Positions 50,796-60,655 of a stretch of DNA of 64,000 bases are shown here, in pieces. Under the pieces are notes generated by a model. It made no database searches and was not told where the DNA came from. It saw nothing but the letters and a program-made list of their open reading frames with translations. How positions within the stretch are numbered: position 1 is the first letter of the stretch; each line of letters opens with the position of its first letter. This DNA comes from Heteronotia binoei (taxonomy: Eukaryota). The DNA is taken from NCBI RefSeq assembly GCF_032191835.1, contig NC_083226.1:21948001-22012000 (forward strand). The letters run 5' to 3'. The translations under genes and the position numbers were made by a program.

Positions 50796-51706
50796 ATGAT
50801 GGACAGAGAGCTGCTTTCCTCACTGAGAGCCTTTTTTCTGATCATCTTTGTAATCGAGTCCATTGTTTCCCTGTTAGGGAATGGATTCATCCTAGCCGTG
50901 AACGGCCACAGCTGGCTCCGCAGCAAGAAGATGATCCCTTGTGAGTTCCTCTTGACCGCACTGGGCCTCTCCAGGTTCCTTATGCAGTGGATTTCCATGA
51001 GCCATCAATTTGTGTATTCCAGCTCTCCATATCTATTTGATAAAACAGAGCAGGCATTTGGCTTTTCCTGGACTTATATCAACACAGCCAGCCTCTGGTG
51101 TGCGACATGGCTCAGTGTCTTCTACTGTGTGAAGGTCACAAACTTTACTTCCCCTCTCTTTTTATGGCTGAAGCTAAGAATTGGGGTGCTGGTGCCCAGA
51201 CTCCTTGGAATATCTCTCCTAGCTTTCATAATCTGCTCTGTTCATCCAGTTATTAGGCATTTTGAAGTTGATAAATTACCAGAGAACACCAGCCACAGTG
51301 AGGTTTATAGCACCAATCGTTTAATGTTTTTAAATACTCTTCACATTTTTTTTACTGCCATCAATTTTTGCATCTGCTTAACAGCATCCCTTGTTTTACT
51401 TCTCTCTCTGTGGAGGCACATGAGGAATCTGAAGAAGAGCGGCCTCAGCACCAAGGACTTCAGCACTCAGGCCCACCTCAGAGTCATGAAGCCTTTGTTC
51501 CTCTCCCTCTTCTTCTACATTTTGCATTTTGTTGTCACAATTATTGTTCTAATTAATGTTTTCAACTATGGCAAGCTTGAGCACCTGATTTGTGAGATAC
51601 TCCTGACTTCGTATCCTTCAGTACACTCAATCACCTGATATTTACCAACCCCAAGCTGAGGAAAGTGTGTAGCCATGTTCTAAACTTCAGAAAAAGTACC
51701 TCATGA
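50796..51706 (+). pseudogene. TAS2R with a 1-nt deletion in TM7 (pseudogene, polymorphism or assembly error)
   Basis: ORF 50796-51638 stops at YPSVHSIT*. Adding one base near 51634 restores LIFTNPKLRKVCSHVLNFRKSTS* (TGA 51704-51706). Octamer at 50664, TATTAA at 50699. Confidence 0.85.
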
Positions 51707-51990
51707 AGAGGACATGAGCTGCCTTCTATCCAAGAGAGAAGACCCTACGGGCTCATCATTCTGTCTCTTTCTGTGTTAATAGCCTATTGTTGCTAGGTAC
51801 AGAAGTCTGGCAGATATTTTCCAATTGTGAGGACAGCCAACTAACAGAAAAAAGATGCAGACAATTCACCCACACCTTTGAATTTCTGGAAATGGAGGAT
51901 AACACCAAGGGCATTGTGGGGCCAGTCTCTTCACGTTGCTTCAACCTTGGGGAAGGTCTGTTCACTGCCTTTGAAAGAACCGGGGTACAC

Positions 51991-52500
51991 CTAGAGATGT
52001 CAAGGCCTGGAAAAAAACCAGAAAAAAATGGAAAAACCCCTGTTTTTTCCCCGTTTGTTTTTTTTTTTTTGCCTGAAGCCTTTTTTTGTTTTTTTCCAAA
52101 AAAATGGAAAAAAGAAAAAAAAATTGATTATGGAACGTTTTATTTTTAACATGATGAGTAAAATATTTTAAGACAAAGTGTTCAAACAGTAAACAGGTCA
52201 GGAGATTGTTGATCCATTTGTTACAATTACACATAAATATTATTTTAAAAGTAAATTCTGTTTGTAATAATTGTTGGATACATTATATTTTTAATGCTAG
52301 TTGCGATAATTTCATGCCAAGTAAAATTGTCCATGGTCATATTTTATGTTCCTAAGGTAACAGAATGACTTTCAATCTGGAAAAGAAAAAAGAAGTGCTA
52401 ATGCAGCATTTTTTTCAATTTTTACAAAAATTTCCATTTAAAAAAAATGGAAAAAAAACCTGGGAGGTTTTCCGAGCTTCAAAATTTCCAGAAATTTTAC
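51991..52500. mobile_element. Insertion (TAGAGATGT... hAT-like) absent from the paralogous block
   Basis: The paralog at about 61876-61890 reads GGGTACACCTGAACCTGC without interruption. Confidence 0.6.
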
Positions 52501-53087
52501 ACTTGAGCCTGCCTTAAAACACACACCTCTTCTCAAATCCTGTCTTCAGCCATTTTTAATTTAGACACATTTGCTTCAGGTAGCTTAATATCCTGTTTTC
52601 TTGGTGGAAAATTTCAATAGACTAAAGGACAATTTCATTCACTCCCGAGACACTTTCTAACTGTTTCTAAAACAATCCGAATGATCCAATGCTATGAAGG
52701 AATCTCTGTGGGCCAGTGTGGTGTGACAGTTCAACTTAGTTATGAATAGGGGAGAGCTCGGGCTTGTTGCAGCAACCCTGGTTTTGCCCCAAAATGGGGA
52801 CAGAAGAGCCATGTATGCTGTCCTAATCGCTTTGAAGGCTGCCCTTTAAATGTACTGGAGAGATACATCTCAACAGCATTTGGGACTTTCTTGATGACAC
52901 ATCAGTGCTTTTGGAGAGAGACACTCAATTGTTTTTCTCCATGGGAAAGTGATTCTTTTTTCATTTCTTTTTCACCTTACTGTCTTAAGGATGTTGACTC
53001 CTAAAGTAGCCGGACTGAGCAGTTCAGTGTGATTTAATCTCTAATAAATGTGCACAGGATTACTAAACCTTGTATGTCCATTGATAT

Positions 53088-53266
53088 TGGCTTTTTTTGT
53101 AGCAGGAACTCCTCTGCATATTAGGCCACACACCCCTGCTGTAGCCAATCCTCCAAGAGCTTACAATAGGCCCTGGACTGAGAGCTCTGTAAGCTCTTGG
53201 AGGATTGGTTACAACAGGGGTGTGTGGCCTAATATGCAAAGGAGTTCCTGCTACAAAAAATTCCCT
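53088..53266. mobile_element. Palindromic MITE (GGCTTTTTTTGTAGCAGG family)
   Basis: Fold-back structure; absent at the paralogous position about 62490-62510. Other copies at about 20459-20600 and 55333-55513. Confidence 0.8.
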
Positions 53267-54289
53267 AGATGTGATCCTTCTGCTTTGGGATTGCACTGGA
53301 GAACTCCTACTCTCCCGGCTTTCTGCAAACTAAGCAAAACTGAATTATTCAAGAGGGCTTTTTTGTACATGAAATAGAGCTGTACTGTAACAATATGGTT
53401 CAGAAGAAGCTTGGGGTAGAGATGAGTTAGGGAGTGTAGACTATACCACTGTGTTTAATTCATGCTAAAGCTGTTTTAAAAAAATGCTTAATTGAAGTAT
53501 TTTAAAATCATGGAAACTTTGTATGTTTTTATTTTCCTTTTGTATGCCTGGTCTAAGGACTGCAATACCAATAAACATTAAATTAAAATTCATGCTATTT
53601 GTTGTTGTTAAAGAGGTTCCTTTTGTGTAATGTTTGCATTTGTTTCATGCAGGGATTTTCTTGAGCAGAAATGCGCAGGAACGCAGTTCCGGCTGGCTTG
53701 GCATCGGGGTGTGTGTGTGTGGCCTAATATGCAAATGAGTTCCCACTGGACTTTTTCTATTTAAATAATGGTGATGTCGGGGGGGTGTAGCCTGATATGC
53801 AAAAAAAGCCCTGGTTTCATGTTTCATGTGTCATTAGGGTTGCCAATCCCCAGGTAGAGGCAGGGGATTGCTTCTGTAGAATCAAGATGGCCAGATCTAT
53901 TTTCTCCCTTCTCTGCCAGTCCTCAGATTTTTGTACTTCACCAGGCCCAAGAGAATGGTCATAGAGCCCCAAGAGAGGAAAGAGAAAGGCCAACAATATG
54001 GAAGGGTGACAGCCACAAATCCTGACATCCCAAGCACTGTGAAGGTGGCACACAACAACTTATTATAGCCTTGGTCATATGTTTCTGGAAAAAAAATCTC
54101 TGAATATTTGTGTACAAGACACCTGGCCATGACCCTAGTAACAGCATCCCCCTTACATTTGCATCTCAATCTGCGTAGCGTTATTCGAGTCTTATGAAAA
54201 CCTCAAGCATCAGTTTGCTCTGGTGAACGTTAAAGTAAAACAAAGAGAGCCACACCCTAATTCGACTTGTTTCCTGACATTTGTCTCAG

Positions 54290-54600
54290 TGTTGTGTATG
54301 CGAACCAAAGTGAAGACTTATATGGGTGTCCCTGCCAGGCTCATTGGAGCCATTTGCACTGAGCTTGGGGACTCAGGAACAATGGGCAGCAGGATCCAAA
54401 TCCCTGCTGCTCTGCTCCAATCACAGGCCCCCTGCTGGTTTGAATGATCCAATAACGTGCTTGCGCGGGAACCCAGGGTTGTATATAGACTGGCTCACTT
54501 AGCCAATCTTAGAGTGCAGCCCTATACTATGCTATACCTAATAAAGAGCTATGTTCACTACCACCTCGCCTCTTCATTGCATTGAACCCACTATATTATA
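54290..54600. mobile_element. Probable solo LTR
   Basis: Begins TGTTG, has AATAAA at about 54539, ends ...CTATATTATA (degenerate TACA), with 5-bp flanks CTCAG/CGCAG. It separates a TAS2R 5' leader from its CDS remnant. Confidence 0.5.
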
Positions 54601-54617
54601 CGCAGAATTTGACAGTG

Positions 54618-54790
54618 ATGGGACAGAAACATGTTTAACCCACTACATGTCATTCTCCAGGTTTTTTACTGCATCGAGTCTGTTGCTGTCATTTTAGGGA
54701 ATAGATTGATCGCAGCTATGTACAGGTACAGGTGGCTCGAAAGCAGGAATTATCCCCTTGTGGTTGCATCTTGACGAGTTTCAATATCTG
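54618..54790 (+). pseudogene. Degraded TAS2R 5' remnant
   Basis: DRNMFNPLHVILQVFYCIESVAVILGNRLIAAMYRYRWLESR aligns without gaps to DRNLFSPLG...LGNGFILAVNGQSWLRSK. After a frameshift it reads PCGCILT. Octamer at 54157-54164. Confidence 0.8.
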
Positions 54791-54921
54791 TGTGTAAAAC
54801 AAAACTCCTGTGATTGTTTACCCATTTACTGCACTTCTGAATCAATACGAACAAGTATATGGGACACCATTGGCCATCAGATACCTAAAGGGATCTCATC
54901 CAACAAAATTTGAGACTAGAA

Positions 54922-55227
54922 TGATGCTTTCAATGCCGAGGAGGAGGAGGAGGAAGAAGAATGGTGGTGGTGGTACTGAATTTATACCCCACCCTACGCT
55001 CTGAATCTCAGTCTCAGAGCAGCTTACAATCTTTACCTCCCCCCCCCCTCACAACAGACACCCTGTGAGGTAGGTGGGGCTGAGAGAGCTCTCCCAGAAG
55101 CTGCCCTTTCAAGGACAGCTCTGCGAGAGCTGTGACTGGCCAAAAGCCATTCCAGCAGCTGCGAGTGGAGGAGTGAGGTTCTCCCAGATAAGAGTCTATG
55201 CACTTAACCACTGCACCAAACTGGCTT
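54922..55227 (-). mobile_element. tRNA-head SINE with L2-like tail
   Basis: Same family as the copy at 32824. Confidence 0.8.
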
Positions 55228-56542
55228 CCAGAAGATCACTTTTCCATATAGAAATCTGGCTATTCTGACTTCATCACTTAGAGAAATTGCCCATTAATCT
55301 GTCACTTAGCTATCTCAAATTCAGGTGTAACGCAGGGCTTTTTTTGTAGCAAGAACTCCTTTGCATATTAGGCCACACACCCCTAATGTAGCCAATCATC
55401 CTGGAGCTTACAGTAGGCCCTGTATGAAGAGCCCTGTAAGCTCCAGGAGGACTGGCTACATCAGGAGGGTGTGGCCTAATATGCAAAGAAGTTCCTGCTA
55501 CAAAAAAGCCTCGAGCATAAGGTAATATAAACTAGGCCTTCAAGGCATCATGCAAAGAGGAGGAACTCTGGAAACTGGGAGGGATTCATGGGCTCACTGG
55601 GATATATGTGGGCTTCCCAAGCAGGGCCAATACCACCTCCCTCAGGCTGCTGAGAAGATGGCACAGGGGAAGGCTGATGCTGCTTTTATCCACTGGCTGC
55701 CAATTACCAGTCTGCGATGGGCAGCTTGCCAGTTTCACCTGCCCACTCTCTTTTGTTCTCAGATGATTTTTTGGGGGGAAAGTGGAGGAACGGAGGGTGA
55801 GAGGTTATTGTGAAGCTGGTAATCTCACTACTAGTCACTCTGGCTGCAACCGTCTAGGAGTTTCCCCAGTCTCTATTGCCTTTGGGGGAATCCCTAGAAA
55901 GTCCTTGCCATAGTGACATCAGTTCCAGTTCCCAAAAGTGACATCGTTGTGTTATTGATGCTCTTCCTCCCTGCAAAGTTCTCAGGTCCACTAGGGCTTT
56001 TTTCATTAAAAACAATTGGCAATTGAAAATTATTACAATATTATAATAATACACACAGCTGCTTCTCCGAGTCTCCAATTTTCACCTTTTTCTTTAAAAA
56101 AGTTTCTATCCTATTTGATTACAAAGATATGCCTTTCTTCCCTTTCTCCACTCTGATTTTGCTTTCTTCCCTTCTTCAACTTTGATTTTATTTTCCCCCT
56201 ACCTTCCTTCTTGTATTTCCTGGCAGCTTGGTTCTTCATCCCTATGACCTTTCCTTAGGTTTCCAAATGAAATTGTAGTAGCCATTTCAGGTTACCTAAG
56301 AAACCACAATGTTCAGACAATGGGAAATCCATGCATGTTCACACAATGCAGCAATGCTGCATACCATACTTCAGAAATGCAACTGCGGCCGGATCCAACA
56401 CCATGTGAACAGAACGTCAGCACAACATTTACTGAAGGCCATTGTGTAGATAACCATGGTGGTAGACTAGACTAAAAGATGATGAGTTATCTGCAGGTTT
56501 GCTCATGTTCCCCTTGCTACAATGTGCTTGTAGTGGATTCGC

Positions 56543-56830
56543 TACAAGGTGCTGGTTATTACCTTTAAAGCCCTATATGGCCGAGGACCTGCTTACCTTA
56601 GGGACCGTCTCTCCCCACACGTTCCCCAGTGGGTACTTAGACCTGGAACGCAAAGTCTATTAGTGATCCCCAGGCCGAGGGAGGCTAGTTTAAAGTTCAC
56701 CAGAGAGAGCTTTATCGATTGCTGCCCCCTACTGGTGGAATCAGCTGCCGGAAGAGATTAGGGCCTTCTGGGACCTCACCCAGTTCCGAAAGGCCTGCAA
56801 GATGACACTCTTCCAGCTGGCCGTTAATTG
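56543..56830 (+). mobile_element. L2 3' fragment
   Basis: YKVLVITFKALYGRGPAYLRDRLSP. Confidence 0.8.
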
Positions 56831-56899
56831 ATTATGAACGGCTGATACAGTAGTAGAGAATGACATCTAATAACTACTGAAGCCATTGGGAATGAAATA

Positions 56900-57340
56900 A
56901 CATCAACGATATTAGCACCAGACTATTATGTGCAGTTGTGGAAGCAAGAAAAAATACCAGAGAAATGGGATTGGATTGTAAAAGTTATAACATGGAGTGA
57001 AATGGACAAGTTAACAAGAACCTTAAGAGACTATGATTTAGAAGTATTTAAGATGGAGTGGAAAAAGTTCAGAAGATACGTAGAAAAAGAGTGGAAAATA
57101 AAAGGCCATTGGACAATTTTTGATAATGACTAAGTATAAGAGGGAGGAGGATATGAATTTTGGTTCTTATTAATTAAGGGTACCTTTAATATTAATATTT
57201 TAAGTATAGTACACCGGCGGGGGTCAAGTAATGGGGGAGGGGTGGTTAGAAGGTAATATATGGGATAGAGGAAAAAAGTAGTTTGTAATGATGTAAGAAA
57301 TTGAATATACTACCATATGTTACTAATAAAATTGTTTGAA
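56900..57340 (+). mobile_element. L1-clade LINE 3' end
   Basis: QLWKQEKIPEKWDWIVKV...EMDKLT...WKKF, then a 3' UTR with AATAAA. Confidence 0.7.
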
Positions 57341-58963
57341 ACAAGAAAACTCTTTAAAACCTCCTTTGCACAGAAAGTTAAAATACCTATGTATGCACTT
57401 TACAACATGATCATGTTAGAAGACTTTTTCAAGAACAAAAGCTGGGGATAACAGTTCCCATAAGACCAGCATAGGGAAAGGTTAGGGAACTATTTTTTGG
57501 CACCAGTGAGAGAAAAAAACACATTTACCATATAAATCACTGACCCCCATTTGTATCATTATGCAAGGTTAGTAAATACAGCTCCTATAAGAGCTATGAA
57601 ACTACGGGGGAACCCTTTAATTCTGTCCCAGTGGGTCCCTTGGCTCTTTGCCTTTTTTAAGGTCTCTGGGCAACCTCTGGGAGAAGAGCTTGCAACATCA
57701 AAATCTCCCAATGCGGACTATGCAGTTTAGAAGATTAAAAGAAAGTCTGGCATCATCCCAAGCCTAGGAGGAATACAAAGAAGAGGAAGAAAGATAGGAA
57801 AATCTATAGAAAAGAATAATCAGAAAATTAAAGGGAAAGAAATTGTATGTAAGACAAGTTAAGTGGTTGAAGTTCATGTAATGTAGTATATTTTGTCAGC
57901 AAAAGAGGCAGTTCTTGGATAGACCTCTGAGAGTGCAAGTTGGTCTGTGATTTTTTTCCATGATTGTTTTGATCATGTTTTTTTCAAACCAGAGGGAGAT
58001 TGACGGTGAGGTGTTAGATTTCCAAAATGATGCGATGGCAGTTTTCGCCACTGTCATGCCTAAGGTTGTGCCTAAGTTTTGGGATTGTAGAGTTGTTCCT
58101 TAACACGAATTCTTATCAGTTGCTCCTTGGAAGTTTCCATAGCTGATAATTTGGGAGCAGGAGAAACTAAAGTTTTGGTCTCATTAATAATGCTGGCATC
58201 AGCAAACTGTAACGCCTTCTCATTGAGTAGATAAGGGAAGTGCTGGCTGGAGCAAACAGTAGGTGAACGTATATCCAAGAAGTCATCCATCCCACTCTGC
58301 TTTCTCTGGGGTGCCAAAAGTTCGTTGGGGGGGGGGTGTTTTCCTCCCCATCTGTGCTCGTTACTTTAGAGTTCTATCAGTAGAGACCAAAAATTGTGGA
58401 GCTAGTTGTAAAATTGGTTTGACTAGCTAAATCTGCTGAGCTCCGTAACAGTCTTGTATAAAAGAAAGAAAAAAAAGAAACAAGAAATAATAATTTTTCA
58501 AAAGTTTTAAAAATTATGAGGCAAAAAAATATTAAAGCCTCGGTCTCTAGTTCTGCTCTGAAAACTGTTATATCAAGGCCAGCCAATTAAAAACATTCAC
58601 AGGCTTATCAGCGTGTCAGCACTAGAAAATAAAAGTCTTTAAATGAAAAACAGCTGCCTGCCAATGCAGTTTTCTGAAAGAAAAGCAGGCTTTCTATGCA
58701 GCTAGCCAAAAATAGCCACAAGAATAAATATAAAATGTGAATTAGATATAAAATACCACAAGTCAGCGAACAGCCTGATAAGAATGCTGCCTAGGCTTCC
58801 CAACCCTCCCGCTCTGGCGGGGGACGCCAGGATTTCCACCCTCTTCCCCCGCTCCCCCCAAAAACGGAAGCGGGGGGAGGGGGGAAACGGTGCCACGAAC
58901 ATGGCGAGCCGCCCCATCCCGGAGCGGGCGACGACGCCCCCTCCCCTCACAGCTGCTCCTCCG

Positions 58964-59811
58964 TGGCGCTGTTGGGCCAAAGGCTGCCGAGAGCGGGCAA
59001 GCCAGGCAAGGGGGCTCTGCTCTCAGCCAGCGGCCGTCTCCCAAAGGAGAAGCAACGGGGGCGGAGTGTTGAGGGGGGCTTGGTGCCCTCACCGGCCCGG
59101 CCCCCCTGCTCGCACGTGCAGCCGCCGCTCCCTCTGGCTGGCTGGGCGGCTCGGGGCGGGCGCGGCGTTGCCAGTGGCTGAGAGAGGTGCTGACGGGCCG
59201 GCCGACAGGCGTGGCGAGGCGAGGCGGGGCAGCTGTAGCGGGCCGCGGGAAGGGAAGAGAAGGCCGGTGAGCAGCAGGTCGGGATGGCAGCGGCGGCGCT
59301 CGGGAGGGGCAGCTGGAGCTGCGTCAGGCGGGCGAGGCCAGCACTGGCGGCGCCCTGAGCCAGCATGTCCCGCAAGAAGTCCCCGCGTGGCAAGGGCGCC
59401 TCTTTGCCCTCGTCCGCGCTGCCCACCGCCCAGCAGCAGCGCGGCGCCAAGGCGAGGGGCGCAGCCGGCGGGCGCGGAGGGGCAGAAGCCGGGGCGGCCA
59501 ATGGGGTGGTGGCACCGCTGCCCGGCCGGCCCTCCCTGAGCAGCAGCGGCGAGTTCTACGACGTCGCCTTCAAGGTGATGCTGGTTGGTGATTCTGGCGT
59601 CGGCTCTCAGCCAGCAGGGCGTAGCCGGAGGCCAGCACGTTCTTCTTGCCCTGCGCGCACATCCGCCCCACCACCCTCCCGACCACCTCGCGGGGGCTGG
59701 AAACCTGCAAGGGACGGAAGCGGGACACGTGCTCGGCGGCGGCGTGGGCAGCCCCACGAGGCACTGGGCCAGCTGGCCGCGGTAGGCCGGCGCGTCTCTC
59801 TCCTGCAGCAG
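58964..59811 (-). pseudogene. TERT: TERT N-terminal (TEN) fragment, split by the RAB26 insert
   Basis: The minus strand reads LLQERDAPAYRGQLAQCLVGLP (59811-59746) and VSSPREVVGRVVGRMCAQGKKNVLASGYALLAES (59704-59603). It continues in frame as RAPLPGLPALGSLWPNSATE from 59018. Compare remembered vertebrate TERT: [53 protein letters not shown] and SYLPNTVTD. Confidence 0.8.
59365..59604 (+). pseudogene. RAB26: RAB26 5' fragment (80 codons, ends within the P-loop), probably spliced
   Basis: MSRKKSPRGKGAS...PGRPSLSSSGEFYDVAFKVMLVGDSGVG matches remembered RAB26 MSRKKTPKSKGAS...PGRPSL...FYDVAFKVMLVGDSGVG. Homology stops before KT. Confidence 0.9.
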
Positions 59812-60529
59812 CCCCCGATTCCAACCCAGAGGGGGAGCGGAGCGCGCTGCGCCGCTGCCCCCCCCCCCCCCGCAGCTGCTCCTCCGAGAGGGGCCCAATT
59901 TGAGCCCATCTCAGAGGAGCAGCCACGTTCCCCGGTGCCGTTTCCCCCCCCTCCCCCTAGCTCCACCCCAGTGTCTCCTGGCTCCACCCCCAAAGTCTCC
60001 TGGCTCCACCCCCAAAGTCCCCAGATATTTTTAAATGGGACTTGGCAACCCTAATGCTGCCGCCCAAAAACTGCAAGTCAGTCCAGTCAGAGTTGTTCCA
60101 GTATTGAAGAAAGAGTATTTCTGGAGAGAACGGCACAACCTGTAATCTTATTCACGCCTTCAGGTATTGTTCTCCAGAAAATTTCCAATGAAGGGAAATG
60201 CCACCAGCGACATGCAAAAGAAACAGTGGCACCACACCCTTTCTAGCAATCAGATGAATAAGAGTGGGACATTAATTGCAGTTTTTTAGGGCTAAGCTAC
60301 CCCCTGGTTAAAACTGTAAAGTCTGGTAGTTTCATGTGTCTTGATGATGAGGCATCTAGAGTGGGGTTCCAAATCTTTGACCACTGCTCTTCAGTGAAGT
60401 CTTTATTACAGTCTCTATTCCAAGAGCACTGATAAGATATAAGTCTAGAGGAAAGCAATAGTTCTAATTCTAAAGTTATGTACAATATGATACCTGGCTG
60501 CATCGTTCGTAACAGAATACTTCCTCTTG

Positions 60530-60570
60530 ATTTGCATCGCACTCTTTGTATGACATGCCGTGACTATTAA
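60530..60570 (+). promoter_or_regulatory. Candidate TAS2R promoter: octamer + 27 nt + TATTAA
   Basis: ATTTGCAT at 60530-60537 and TATTAA at 60565-60570, 91 nt before the ATG. Confidence 0.65.
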
Positions 60571-60655
60571 TACAGACACCAAAGCAAATGTTTTCTCTGC
60601 AAAGCATCACACAGCAACCAGGAGAGCTACAATTTAATTTGTCTTGTTCCCAAAA

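Larger units (their letters stand above)
58792..60053 (+). mobile_element. hAT-type non-autonomous element carrying captured host gene fragments (Pack-type)
   Basis: Starts TAGGCTTCCCAA and ends TTGGCAACCCTA, the same termini as 25177 and 48308. Perfect TSD ATGCTGCC at 58784-58791 and 60054-60061. The interior is GC/CpG-rich and unlike the other family members. Confidence 0.9.

Noticed and set aside
58702-59993. Numerous overlapping GC-rich ORFs as novel genes
   Set aside because: Stop codons are rare at this GC content. Only the RAB26- and TERT-like stretches have recognisable homology.
59365-60054. The authentic RAB26 gene or a 229-aa Rab protein
   Set aside because: Homology ends at GDSGVG, before the P-loop KT. 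No further Rab motifs follow, and the segment lies inside a TSD-flanked transposon.
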